From Phycisphaerae bacterium (GTDB lineage: Bacteria; Planctomycetota; Phycisphaerae; UBA1845; Fen-1342), in the NCBI GenBank assembly GCA_963675745.2, contig CAXXWX010000027.1:160001-224000 (forward strand): a stretch of DNA of 64,000 nucleotides. Reading direction: 5' to 3'. The notes under the pieces were generated by a model. That model was not told where the DNA came from. It ran no database searches and worked only from the letters and a program-made list of their open reading frames with translations. A program made the translations under genes and the position numbers. Position 1 is the stretch's first letter. Each line of letters starts with the position of its first letter. Below, one piece after another: positions 37,583-47,094 of the stretch.

Positions 37583-39178
37583 TCAATCAAACCGATGCAC
37601 GATCGTCCGCACCAACGGCTGGTCCAGACGCCCGCGCGGGTCGATCGCCCGCACCGTGATCCGGATCGCGTACGGCCACATGCGGATGTCGCGGTTGGAC
37701 AGCCGCGGGCCACTGGCATCGTCGGCAAGCTGCGGGTTGATCCTCGCAAAATCAAACACGCCGGTACTGCTGTAGCGCAAGTTGTCGCCACCCTCGGGCT
37801 GCGATGGCTCCGTCGCCACCAGCTCACGGTTCTCCGCCGTGTCCGGCACGAATACATACGTACAGCCGTCCTCGACTTCCATCCAGCGCAGCGGATCGTA
37901 ACGCTTGGTGTAATCGTCCTCATCGGCCGGCGTCGGATCGTCATAGCGCAAACCGTTGCGCGGGTCTTCCGGCATCAGGAACTCGACCTGAAACCACACA
38001 CAGCCCGGCAGCATCTGCAAGCCGACATTGCTGGCCAATTCCAACGGCGGGTTTTCAATCACCGTGGCAACGTGGCGATCTTCGAGCGCGCCACTGGCGT
38101 TCGCATAGAGCAGCTCGGTGATCAGCCTGACATCGTTCGGCGGCCACTCGGTGTTGTTATCTTCATCGAGAAACGTGTACGGCCGATACAGCGCCAACTG
38201 CTCGTTGGTGTTCTCACTGAACGTGAACTGGCGCAGGTAATACGGGAAATCGAGCGTGCCGACATCGCCGGCGTAGTCTTCATCGTCGCTGTGGCAACGC
38301 ACGATCGCGGCGATCTCGTTGCCATCGTAGAACGACACGGCGTCCGCGGGAGTCGCGGTCTGGTCTTTCTCGATGATCGTCGCCCGCCGCGCCAGGTGCC
38401 ATCGTGACGCGGGAATCGAGCTGATCTCGTCGCCGCGGTCGTCCTCGCCCCAGATGTGATCGAGGTCGTTGGCGAAGCTCGCGCCGTTGGCCATATCAAA
38501 GGCGGCGTGGCCGTACACGATCTGCACCGGTGAGAACCTGGCGCCGGCCAGATACGCGGGGTCGCGCAACACCTCGTCCGCCCGCGGGTTCAACGGCGGC
38601 GCCTGCGACGGCAGGGCGCGCTGCGTGAAGAACATCATGATGTCGGCCCGCGGGTCGCTGTATTCTTCGCGCCCGCTGGAGTTGTCGTCGGGAGGATCGA
38701 ACTCCGGATCGAAGTTGCCCCCGTTGGCTTCGTTGATGTCGCCGACCAGCTCCCGGTAATAGCGCCGGGCCTGGAGGTCATCTTCGGACAGCGCCGCCGG
38801 CACCTCGCGGCCGACCAGCACGAGCACGCTGTGAGCCGGGTCGCACTTCTCCAGGTCGGCCTTGATCTCGTCGCCGAACTGCCGCAGCCACTGCTGCGTC
38901 TCGGACAGAGCGGCGGCCTGCGAAGCGGTCTTGGTGGTGACGGAAAACACCACGCCGATGGTGGCCAGCGCCACGCTCATGACGGCGAGCGAAACCAGCA
39001 ACTCGACCAACGTAAACGCCCGCCGTGTGCCACTGCACTTGAGCAGTGCGGGTGCCCCACCCCTTGAGGTGGGGGACTGATCGGCGTGCGCAGGCACACC
39101 GACACTCAACGGCCGATGGGGGCGTCGGCCGCTACGGGCCCCACCAACCACCAGGATGTGCCACGCATTCCGGATCAT
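37583..39178 (-). CDS. Prepilin-type N-methylation protein (GspJ/PilW-like)
   Basis: RRA|FTLVELLVSLAVMSV; C-terminal WPYAIRITVRAID; ATGA overlap with the upstream gene. Confidence 0.88.
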   Translation of the reverse strand: MIRNAWHILVVGGARSGRRPHRPLSVGVPAHADQSPTSRGGAPALLKCSGTRRAFTLVELLVSLAVMSVALATIGVVFSVTTKTASQAAALSETQQWLRQFGDEIKADLEKCDPAHSVLVLVGREVPAALSEDDLQARRYYRELVGDINEANGGNFDPEFDPPDDNSSGREEYSDPRADIMMFFTQRALPSQAPPLNPRADEVLRDPAYLAGARFSPVQIVYGHAAFDMANGASFANDLDHIWGEDDRGDEISSIPASRWHLARRATIIEKDQTATPADAVSFYDGNEIAAIVRCHSDDEDYAGDVGTLDFPYYLRQFTFSENTNEQLALYRPYTFLDEDNNTEWPPNDVRLITELLYANASGALEDRHVATVIENPPLELASNVGLQMLPGCVWFQVEFLMPEDPRNGLRYDDPTPADEDDYTKRYDPLRWMEVEDGCTYVFVPDTAENRELVATEPSQPEGGDNLRYSSTGVFDFARINPQLADDASGPRLSNRDIRMWPYAIRITVRAIDPRGRLDQPLVRTIVHRFD

Positions 39179-40626
39179 TCGACCTCACTCAGACGCATCG
39201 TTCGGCGGCCAATCGACAGAATCGGCGAGCGGCCCTCAAACACCGGCTGCCCATCCCCGTCACGTTCCGTAAACGACGGCGGAATGACCCACACGGGCCA
39301 GTAACCAGGACGGTCGGCTACATTGCTCACAAGATCCGGATCGACCCAGGGGTAGAATCCGGGATTCTCGACGATCAACTCATATCCGTCATCGGTCGGC
39401 TTGCTCTCGATGACCCGGTAAATCGGCAGCGAATCGGGTGCCGCGGGCACGAACCCAGACACCTGCGTGGCTCCCGCCGCCGACGAGGGTGAATAGCCGT
39501 TGGTAGCCGGCAGGAACACACTGCCCTTCGGCAATAAGCGGCCCACCTCATCTTTACACCTGAACGCCAGCGTGGGACGCTCGGTGAAATTCTCGGTCAG
39601 AATCGGGCGGTTCGGATCGCTCAACTCGTAGTCCGGCGTGCTGCCCGTGTCATCCAGCCAATCGAATTCGGTGAACGTCACCAGCACGGGAACCGGCAGC
39701 AAAGCCTCTTCCTCGCCAAACTGGGGATCGTTTGGTTCCCAGTCTTCGTCCTGATCCACCAGCGGGAAGCTGTGTTGCAACGTGGGGCGCTGCACGGCCA
39801 CGACGACAAACTCGTAGAGGCTCGGATCGGCCGCCGGGAGATACGACGCGCGCCGATAGAAGGCCACCCAGCCCACGCGGCGCTCGAGCACCTTGAGCGT
39901 TTCGGTGCCGTCGTCATTGTCGGCCGACTTGCCGCCCGGCCAGCGAACTGGCTGACGTTCGTCCGGGTCGTCCAAGAAGTCTTGCCAGGTCGGGCGCTTG
40001 TCGGCTGTCACCGCGGGAAAGACGCAGTCGAACGTACCCACCGCCGGTGGCAGGAGGCCTACGCCATCCGGGTAAATCTGTGCCTGCGCAAACACCTCTT
40101 CCGTTCTGTTCTCTATACCAGGCACCTCACAGGCCGTGTGCACCTGGTGCTCGATCATCTGGCCGACGTCAGCAATCGTCTGACCAACCTCCAGCTTATC
40201 ACCACCGCTGCCCGTCTCGGCCGTCGACAGGCCGGCTGTCACCAGCGGACGCACCTTGATCCACGGCTCCCACGGCCGCTCGCCGCTAGCATCTTCGGCG
40301 AGCGCGCCGCTGCCCGCGCGCGGACGGAAGAGGCTGTCGCGCTGCGGTGCTTCAACAGGGTTATCCGCATTGTCCTTCGGCAACCGCAAACGCATCTCAA
40401 TCGAGTCCAGCGCATACTCCACCGCGGCGTCACCGACGGCGGCTTCGCTGGTTTCGCGCGTCTTCATGACGGCGATCGGCAGGGCCGCCCCGATGATCAG
40501 CAGGCCGATGCCGAGAATCGTCAGCGCGATCATCATCTCGGCCAGGCTGAACGCCCGTGAAACACGGCTCACGAAGCCGTGGGACACGACAGCGCTCTCA
40601 GTCTGAATGTGCCGCACTCTACACAT
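39175..40626 (-). CDS. Prepilin-type protein (GspI/PilV-like)
   Basis: SRA|FSLAEMMIALTILGIGLLII..ALP. Confidence 0.88.
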   Translation of the reverse strand: MCRVRHIQTESAVVSHGFVSRVSRAFSLAEMMIALTILGIGLLIIGAALPIAVMKTRETSEAAVGDAAVEYALDSIEMRLRLPKDNADNPVEAPQRDSLFRPRAGSGALAEDASGERPWEPWIKVRPLVTAGLSTAETGSGGDKLEVGQTIADVGQMIEHQVHTACEVPGIENRTEEVFAQAQIYPDGVGLLPPAVGTFDCVFPAVTADKRPTWQDFLDDPDERQPVRWPGGKSADNDDGTETLKVLERRVGWVAFYRRASYLPAADPSLYEFVVVAVQRPTLQHSFPLVDQDEDWEPNDPQFGEEEALLPVPVLVTFTEFDWLDDTGSTPDYELSDPNRPILTENFTERPTLAFRCKDEVGRLLPKGSVFLPATNGYSPSSAAGATQVSGFVPAAPDSLPIYRVIESKPTDDGYELIVENPGFYPWVDPDLVSNVADRPGYWPVWVIPPSFTERDGDGQPVFEGRSPILSIGRRTMRLSEVE

Positions 40627-40631
40627 GGCTC

Positions 40632-41624
40632 CTATTCCGTCTGTTCCGTCACGCCTTCGACCAGCAATGCCCCGCGCGGGTGTACAAAGTACGCCCGCCC
40701 GTCGCTCTTCAGAAAATCAGCCCGCATCTCGGCATCCGCCTCTGTGCCGAGCTTTTTGAAACCGTCACGGCTGTACAACACCAAACCGCTCGACGAATAC
40801 CGCCGCAACTCGGCGAACTCGACCTTGTCGGGTCGCGTGAAATCGGCGGCGTAGAGTGGGCGCTGATAGTCGTCCAGCCTGTCAGTACTGATGTCAGGCT
40901 GCCGCGGGCCGGGCAGCAGGCCTTGTTCCGGATCGAAGATCAGCAGGAAATCGTCGGCATTGAGAAAATCGTCGGCATAGTCGAATTCGCCATCATCGTC
41001 CTGCGTGGCGAACTCGCCGATGGTGCCGTCGAGCAGGCGCTCCTGCGCGCCGCTTTCTGTGAACGTCACGCTTTCAAGCGGGGCCGCCCACACATCGCCG
41101 GGCAACTCCGCGGCCGGCGTGTCGGGCCGCGCTTCGAAGCGCTCGCTGTAGTCGATTGTGAAGCCACCACTTTCCCACTTCTGCGAGCTACCCACCCAGC
41201 GGTAAAGCACCAGCCGCTGCCGACCGACAGTCGGCGACTGGGTTCCGCTCTCATCCTGCTCCCAGGCGCCGGCGACCACGCGCACGGCGATCTTGTTGTT
41301 GTCCTCAATGGCGGCGTACTTGGCCCGCGTCAGCATCCCGTTGATCGTCTGAAGCGCCTCGGTGTAGTGGGCGTCGCGGCTCATCCCGCTCAGCCCCGGC
41401 ATGGCGATCGCCAGCACGATCCCGATCACCGCGATGACCACGATCAGCTCGACCAGCGTGAACCCGCCCTTATGGCGGGCCGGCCTCCGGCCGGTCATGG
41501 CGAACATCGGACTCCGCACCGAGTGGCCAGAACCCGCGCGCAAACTCCTGTGGCACCGGTTTTCAACCGGTGAGTTCCACAGGCTACAAGCCTGTGCCAC
41601 AGCCTCGCGATAGGTCCTACTCAT
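40632..41624 (-). CDS. Prepilin-type protein (GspH/FimU-like)
   Basis: KGG|FTLVELIVVIAVIGIVLAIAMP...MLTRAKYAAI. Start at ATG 41624 overlaps the upstream stop; an internal ATG is possible. Confidence 0.88.
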   Translation of the reverse strand: MSRTYREAVAQACSLWNSPVENRCHRSLRAGSGHSVRSPMFAMTGRRPARHKGGFTLVELIVVIAVIGIVLAIAMPGLSGMSRDAHYTEALQTINGMLTRAKYAAIEDNNKIAVRVVAGAWEQDESGTQSPTVGRQRLVLYRWVGSSQKWESGGFTIDYSERFEARPDTPAAELPGDVWAAPLESVTFTESGAQERLLDGTIGEFATQDDDGEFDYADDFLNADDFLLIFDPEQGLLPGPRQPDISTDRLDDYQRPLYAADFTRPDKVEFAELRRYSSSGLVLYSRDGFKKLGTEADAEMRADFLKSDGRAYFVHPRGALLVEGVTEQTE

Positions 41625-42600
41625 CACCCGTACCATCCCACTGCGGCAGATAGCCGATGTCGGTCACATGCTCCGGCACGGCGCGCACCCAGCCGCCGTC
41701 CGTCGGCTCCGGACTACTCGGCAACTCGCCGTCTTCATCGACCTTCGCCTGCGGCGACGGCAATTCGCTGCTCCAGATCCACTTGTCCGCCGGGGCGTTG
41801 CCGTTGGCGATCTGCTCGGGCTTCACGCCGCGCGACATGAGCACCGGCCGCCGATCGGTCACGACCCACTGCCCGGCTCCCGACCCCGTGGGCTTCAATT
41901 CGATCTTCACATACAGCAGATACTCAAACGGCACGCCCCAAGCGTCGTAAAAGCCCAGCACGGGCGTGCGATTGGCGGAGTCTCTTTCGTCCCCGGTGTT
42001 GATGAACTCACCTTCCGGGAAGTCATCAGGATCTTCGACCGGCAACGGCCGAATGTTGGCCGGCGGGAACGCCGACAGACTGTCCCGGGCATACGTCGTG
42101 AGGTAGGCGAACAGCGCCCGATTGGCATTGTGAGCCGCCGCGTTACCATCCTGCGAAATCTTCAGCTTGTCCTCGTCGTTGTGTTCATCCACATCGCTGA
42201 GAAAATCACGCGCCAGACGCTTCAGCAGCGTTGTGCTGCTGCCATCCGGCGGGTCCGGCTCAAGCACATTGGTGACCGTGTCACCCGACGCGCCGTAGCC
42301 GGCAAGTTGATAAGGCGGATACGGCCCGAAGGTCTTCTTGGCCACATCGCTTTGATCGTATGTCCGGCGCAGTGGATTCGCCGCCGCGAACTCGTCGATC
42401 GTGGCGAGCAGACTGGTCTCAAGCGCCTGCGTCAGCGAGATTTTCTGTTGCCCCAAGACATGCGTGGACACAGTCACGAGCAGGCCGATCAGAATACCGA
42501 TGACGATGATTACGACCAGCAGCTCCACCATGGTGAAGCCCCGTGCCGGCGAGTGCCTCTTCGCAGACTGCGTCATCATCGCGCCGTACACCCCCATCAT
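41617..42600 (-). CDS. Prepilin-type protein (GspG-like)
   Basis: ARG|FTMVELLVVIIVIGILIGLL; DAWGVPFEY; LMSRG. Confidence 0.88.
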   Translation of the reverse strand: MMGVYGAMMTQSAKRHSPARGFTMVELLVVIIVIGILIGLLVTVSTHVLGQQKISLTQALETSLLATIDEFAAANPLRRTYDQSDVAKKTFGPYPPYQLAGYGASGDTVTNVLEPDPPDGSSTTLLKRLARDFLSDVDEHNDEDKLKISQDGNAAAHNANRALFAYLTTYARDSLSAFPPANIRPLPVEDPDDFPEGEFINTGDERDSANRTPVLGFYDAWGVPFEYLLYVKIELKPTGSGAGQWVVTDRRPVLMSRGVKPEQIANGNAPADKWIWSSELPSPQAKVDEDGELPSSPEPTDGGWVRAVPEHVTDIGYLPQWDGTGDE

Positions 42601-43736
42601 TTGCTGCCGTTCGGTTTGAAATTGGTGACATCGTCGGGCGTGCCATAGCGCATATCGACGCCGGGACTGATCAGCAGGTACGAATCCGGCCGTTGCGGGG
42701 TGAGCTTTGCACGAATGTTGGTGTCAACGATGAACCGCGCAAAGGTGCCGTGAAAGTCCGAGCCCATGACGCCGTCGATGTCCTCGCCATCGGTGCTTCT
42801 GTGGTCGAGCATGTGCTCCCCGGCGGAGGACTTGAGCCTGATAGTCCGGTGCCGGCGCTCATCGTTGTCGACCAGCACGCCGTTATCCACCCAGTGGTAG
42901 ATGCCGCGGTCGCGGCGGGCGTCCGAGTCGTCCGGGTCAGGCAGGTCGCCGTCACTGGTCCAGTCCACAAGTCGGCGACCGGCCGGATCGGCACGGTAGT
43001 AGAGGATCGGATAGCCGAAACCGTCAAGGAACATGGGATAGCTGCGGGCCACCTCTTCGTGCTCTTTGGCGCGCTCTTCAGCCTTGATCACAAACGCGGT
43101 GTGCGCGGAGCGCACCTCGTTGTAGTGGCTGTCGTCCAGGCGCGAGTCTCTTTCGCCGATGCTGTCGCTGGTGCGCACCTTGGACAGATCGACATACAGG
43201 CCGCCGCGCGGGTGCATTGGCTCGCCGGTGTCGGGCGTGCCGGACTTACCGTCGTTCATCGCGTAGGCGCCACCCTCAGCCGCGCCGCCAAAGACGCCCC
43301 GCTTGGTACGGTGTGTGTCCTCGGCCCAGTAGTCCGATCCGGAAACGAACGTCTTGTAGCCCGGACACCCGAGGAAGTCGGCGCCGACCATTGACCAGAC
43401 CAGCAGGCCGGCCCCCGGCATCTCGGGGATGTAGTTGCTGCTGGAATCGCCGCCGTCGTGATAGGGATTCGCCACGGCCCCGGCGTCACCATCGTCACTC
43501 GGGAAATCAGCGCGTGATGGCGGCAGCGCCCCGCCGATACGCGACTCCGCCATGAAGGCCGCCAGCCCCGTCTCGATTGCGGCCAGCGCCGTCTCTGACG
43601 CCGTGCGCCTGGCCTGGTTCCGCACGATGCTGGTGGCGGGCACGAGAATGCCGATCAGCAACGCGATGATCGCAATCACCGCCAGCAGCTCGACCAGCGT
43701 AAAGCCGCGGTTGTCTCTCTTACGCAGATACTTCAT
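42597..43736 (-). CDS. Prepilin-type protein (GspG-like major pseudopilin/pilin)
   Basis: NRG|FTLVELLAVIAIIALLIGILVP; DGFGYPILYY; YLLISPGVDMRYGTPDDVTNF. Confidence 0.9.
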   Translation of the reverse strand: MKYLRKRDNRGFTLVELLAVIAIIALLIGILVPATSIVRNQARRTASETALAAIETGLAAFMAESRIGGALPPSRADFPSDDGDAGAVANPYHDGGDSSSNYIPEMPGAGLLVWSMVGADFLGCPGYKTFVSGSDYWAEDTHRTKRGVFGGAAEGGAYAMNDGKSGTPDTGEPMHPRGGLYVDLSKVRTSDSIGERDSRLDDSHYNEVRSAHTAFVIKAEERAKEHEEVARSYPMFLDGFGYPILYYRADPAGRRLVDWTSDGDLPDPDDSDARRDRGIYHWVDNGVLVDNDERRHRTIRLKSSAGEHMLDHRSTDGEDIDGVMGSDFHGTFARFIVDTNIRAKLTPQRPDSYLLISPGVDMRYGTPDDVTNFKPNGSK

Positions 43737-43784
43737 TGTCAAATCTCCGTGACTCGTGCCAACTTGCGGCCAGCAACCTCGCAC

Positions 43785-45047
43785 TCAACCGGACAACGTC
43801 TGAATGAGCTGCACGAGCGGCAGGAACAGGGCCAACACAATGAAACCGACAATCAAACCCAGCACGACGACCATGATCGGTTCGAGCAGGCTGACCAGGG
43901 CCGCCACGAGCGTATCGACCTCGTCGTCGTAGTTGTCGGCGACCTTCATGAGCATCTTGTCGAGCTCACCGGTCTCCTCACCGACATCGACCATGTTCAC
44001 CACGATCGAGTCGACGCAGCGTGAATCTCGCAGCGGGTTGGCAAACGTGTCACCCTCGCGAATCGAGTCGTGGACCGCACCCAACATGTTGCGGTAGACC
44101 TCGTTGGACGTGGTGTCGCGCGTGATCTTGATCCCCTCCAAAATCGGCACGCCCGCCGCGATCAGCGTGCCCAGCGTACGCGTAAAACGTGCGATGCCCG
44201 ACTTCGCCACAATCTGTCCGGCCACCGGCACCTTGAGCATGACGATGTCAAAGACCAGACGGCCGATCCGGGATGACCGTACCAGTTTCAGCACCGCGAA
44301 GATGATGAGCGGCGACAGAACCACGATGATCCAACCGGGCGGCGTTCCGGTTGCAAACCAGCTCGAAACGCTGATCAGCATGACCGTGGGCGCCGGCAGC
44401 TTGGCCCCGAAGTCCTGGAAGATCTCCTTAAACTTCGGAACCACCTGGACCATGATGAACGTAACAATGGCGGCGGCGATCACGATCACGACCGACGGGT
44501 AGATCATCGCACCCGTGATCTTGGCCTTCAGCTTCTGGGCCTTCTCCATGAACTCCGCCAGACGCTGGAGAATGACGTCCAAAACACCGCCAGCCTCGCC
44601 CGCCGCCACCATGTTGCAGTACAAACGATCAAACGCGTTCGGATGGCGGGCCATGGCCTCGGAAAGCGTCGCCCCACCCTCGACGTCATCGCAGACTTCC
44701 TTCAGACAGCGCCTCAGCATGCCCGGCTTCTGCTGCTGCTCGAGGATTCGGATACTGCGCAGGATCGGCAGACCCGCGTCCTGAAGCGTCGAGAGCTGGC
44801 GCGTGAACGCGGTTAGCTGTTTGGTCTTCACCCAGCCAAAACCGGTCCCGGCGGCCTTTTTCCGCGACGCCCCACCGGCTGCCTTGCGCGCCGCAATCTT
44901 CTTTTTATCTACTTTCTCAGCGATCTTCGTCGGGAAGTATCCCAGGCTCCGGACCTTCGCGACAGCCTCTTCTTTGGTCGGCGCTTCGATCTCGGCCTTG
45001 ACCTCCTGGCCGGAGGAATTGAGCGCCTGGTAGTTAAAGACAGCCAT
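43785..45047 (-). CDS. pilC: Type IV pilus / T2SS inner-membrane platform protein PilC/GspF
   Basis: FTRQLSTLQDAGLPIL, AGEAGGVLD, AMIYP, FTRTLGTLIAAGVPIL, VGEETGELD, LLEPIM. Confidence 0.95.
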   Translation of the reverse strand: MAVFNYQALNSSGQEVKAEIEAPTKEEAVAKVRSLGYFPTKIAEKVDKKKIAARKAAGGASRKKAAGTGFGWVKTKQLTAFTRQLSTLQDAGLPILRSIRILEQQQKPGMLRRCLKEVCDDVEGGATLSEAMARHPNAFDRLYCNMVAAGEAGGVLDVILQRLAEFMEKAQKLKAKITGAMIYPSVVIVIAAAIVTFIMVQVVPKFKEIFQDFGAKLPAPTVMLISVSSWFATGTPPGWIIVVLSPLIIFAVLKLVRSSRIGRLVFDIVMLKVPVAGQIVAKSGIARFTRTLGTLIAAGVPILEGIKITRDTTSNEVYRNMLGAVHDSIREGDTFANPLRDSRCVDSIVVNMVDVGEETGELDKMLMKVADNYDDEVDTLVAALVSLLEPIMVVVLGLIVGFIVLALFLPLVQLIQTLSG

Positions 45048-45226
45048 CGGCCACACTCCAAAACACTGCTGAATAAAGACTTACGACGAGAACCGCAACC
45101 GCGCGCCGCCCGGTAGCGTACCCATCGCCATATGAACAGTCACCACATTATCACCGTGCCCAGGTGACACGACAAACTTCGGGAAAGGAGCGCGCCGATC
45201 CGGCCAACCACGTGGACAAGTCTGTG

Positions 45227-46981
45227 TTATTCGCCAGTCTCCGCCAGCGTCTCCTTAACCACCTCTTCGATCGTAGTTATCCCATCGAATATGCACAAGA
45301 GCCCCGACTCACGCAGCGCGCGCATGCCACGCTTGCGCGCCTCGACGCGCAGCAAAGCGGCCGAGGCGTGCTTCATGATCAGGTCGCGCAGCTCGTCATC
45401 CATGACCATGATCTCGAAGATCGCCGTCCGGCCGCGATAGCCCGTGTTGTTACAATAATCACAACCACGGCCGTAATAGAACGTCCGCCCGGCCACGTCT
45501 TCTGGTGTGAGCCCGACCTGCATGAGCTGCTGCTCGTTGGGCTCGTATTCCTCCTTGCAGTTCTCGCAGATTCGGCGTACGAGCCGCTGGGCGACGATGG
45601 CGTCCAGCGTCGCGGTCAGGAGGAATGGCTCCATGCCTAGATCCAACAGACGGGCGATCGAGCTGGGGGCATCGTTGGTGTGAAGGGTCGAGAAAACCAG
45701 GTGGCCGGTAAGTGAAGCCTGGACAGAGATTTGCGCTGTTTCCAGGTCACGAATCTCGCCGACCAGGATGATATCGGGGTCTTGCCGCAGGAAACTCCGC
45801 AGGCAGCGGGCGAATGTCAGCCCAATATCCTGCCGAATCTGGCACTGGATCATCCCGTCGATGTCGTACTCGACCGGGTCCTCGCTGGTCAGGATCTTCA
45901 CTTCCGTCTTGTTCAGCTCACGCAGGGCTGAGTACAACGTCGTCGTCTTTCCCGACCCCGTCGGACCGGTGACGATGATGATGCCGTGTGGTTTGCTGAT
46001 CAACTGGCGGACCACGCTCAGATCATCTTCGCGCAACCCGACTTGTCCCAGATCCAGGTTCACCTGCGTGCGGTCAAGCACGCGGAGCACCACGCTTTCG
46101 CCAAACATCGTCGGCAGTACGCTGACACGCAAATCAACCGGGCGCCGCTCGACCAATAGCTCGATACGCCCATCCTGCGGCACGCGGCGCTCGGCGATGT
46201 CCAGGTCGGCCATGACCTTGATACGCGAAGCGATCGCCATCGCCACGTACTTGGGCGGCGGCACCATTTCGAACAGCACGCCGTCGATGCGATAACGCAT
46301 CTTGAATTCGTCCTCGAACGGCTCGAAATGGATATCCGAAGCCTTGTCGCGGATGGCCTGCAACAGCACCAGGTTGACCAGCTTCTTGACCGGGCTGCTC
46401 TCGGCCATTTCGCGCAGCTCGTCGAGGTCGATGCTCTCACCCCGGCCCTCGAACTTCTGGAGTTCCTCGTCGTCCCCCAATTCGCCGATGAGGTCGTTGA
46501 TCGTCTCGGCCGCCTCCTCGGGGTAGTAACGATTAAGCGCCTCGTTCATGTCGTCAGAGGTGGTGATCCGCGCGACGACGTTGTAACCCATCAGACGTCT
46601 GAGATCGTCGGTGGCCTGGAAGTTGTCCGGGCTGTCCAGTGCCACGCCCAGCGTATTGCTCTCGCGATCGTACTCGGTGGGCATGATGCGGTATGTGTGG
46701 GCCATCTGGTTGGGCACCAGGTCGATGACGGAGCGGTCGATGTCGATGTCGGCGACAGTGATGGAGTCCATGCCGACCTGGGCCGCCAGAGCGAGATGAA
46801 CCTCGGCCTCCTCGATATAGCCCATCTCGATCAGCAACTGACCAAGCGGGCCGCGTTTCTTGCGTTGCAGCTCGAGGGCTTCTGACACCTGAGCACGCGT
46901 CAGCTTGCCCATTTTGATGAGAATACGGCCGAGTGGGCGGCCTTTTAGCTGCGTGAGAGCCTGCTTGCGATCCGAGGCCAT
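45227..46981 (-). CDS. pilB: Type IV pilus assembly / T2SS ATPase PilB/GspE
   Basis: ASDIHFEP, DIAERRVPQDGR, TGPTGSGKTTTLY, EDPVEY, LRQDPDIILVGEIRD, TGHLVFSTLHTND; Zn motif CENC...CDYC; N-terminal MshEN-like repeat. Confidence 0.95.
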   Translation of the reverse strand: MASDRKQALTQLKGRPLGRILIKMGKLTRAQVSEALELQRKKRGPLGQLLIEMGYIEEAEVHLALAAQVGMDSITVADIDIDRSVIDLVPNQMAHTYRIMPTEYDRESNTLGVALDSPDNFQATDDLRRLMGYNVVARITTSDDMNEALNRYYPEEAAETINDLIGELGDDEELQKFEGRGESIDLDELREMAESSPVKKLVNLVLLQAIRDKASDIHFEPFEDEFKMRYRIDGVLFEMVPPPKYVAMAIASRIKVMADLDIAERRVPQDGRIELLVERRPVDLRVSVLPTMFGESVVLRVLDRTQVNLDLGQVGLREDDLSVVRQLISKPHGIIIVTGPTGSGKTTTLYSALRELNKTEVKILTSEDPVEYDIDGMIQCQIRQDIGLTFARCLRSFLRQDPDIILVGEIRDLETAQISVQASLTGHLVFSTLHTNDAPSSIARLLDLGMEPFLLTATLDAIVAQRLVRRICENCKEEYEPNEQQLMQVGLTPEDVAGRTFYYGRGCDYCNNTGYRGRTAIFEIMVMDDELRDLIMKHASAALLRVEARKRGMRALRESGLLCIFDGITTIEEVVKETLAETGE

Positions 46982-47094
46982 TGACTACTCCTTATCTCGA
47001 AGCGATGCATAATAACGGCTCTGGCGGGCAGCGCATACGCCAACCATCCACGGCCTCCGGATAGTTGGGGACGCGCGCCGGTTTCATCCGGCGA

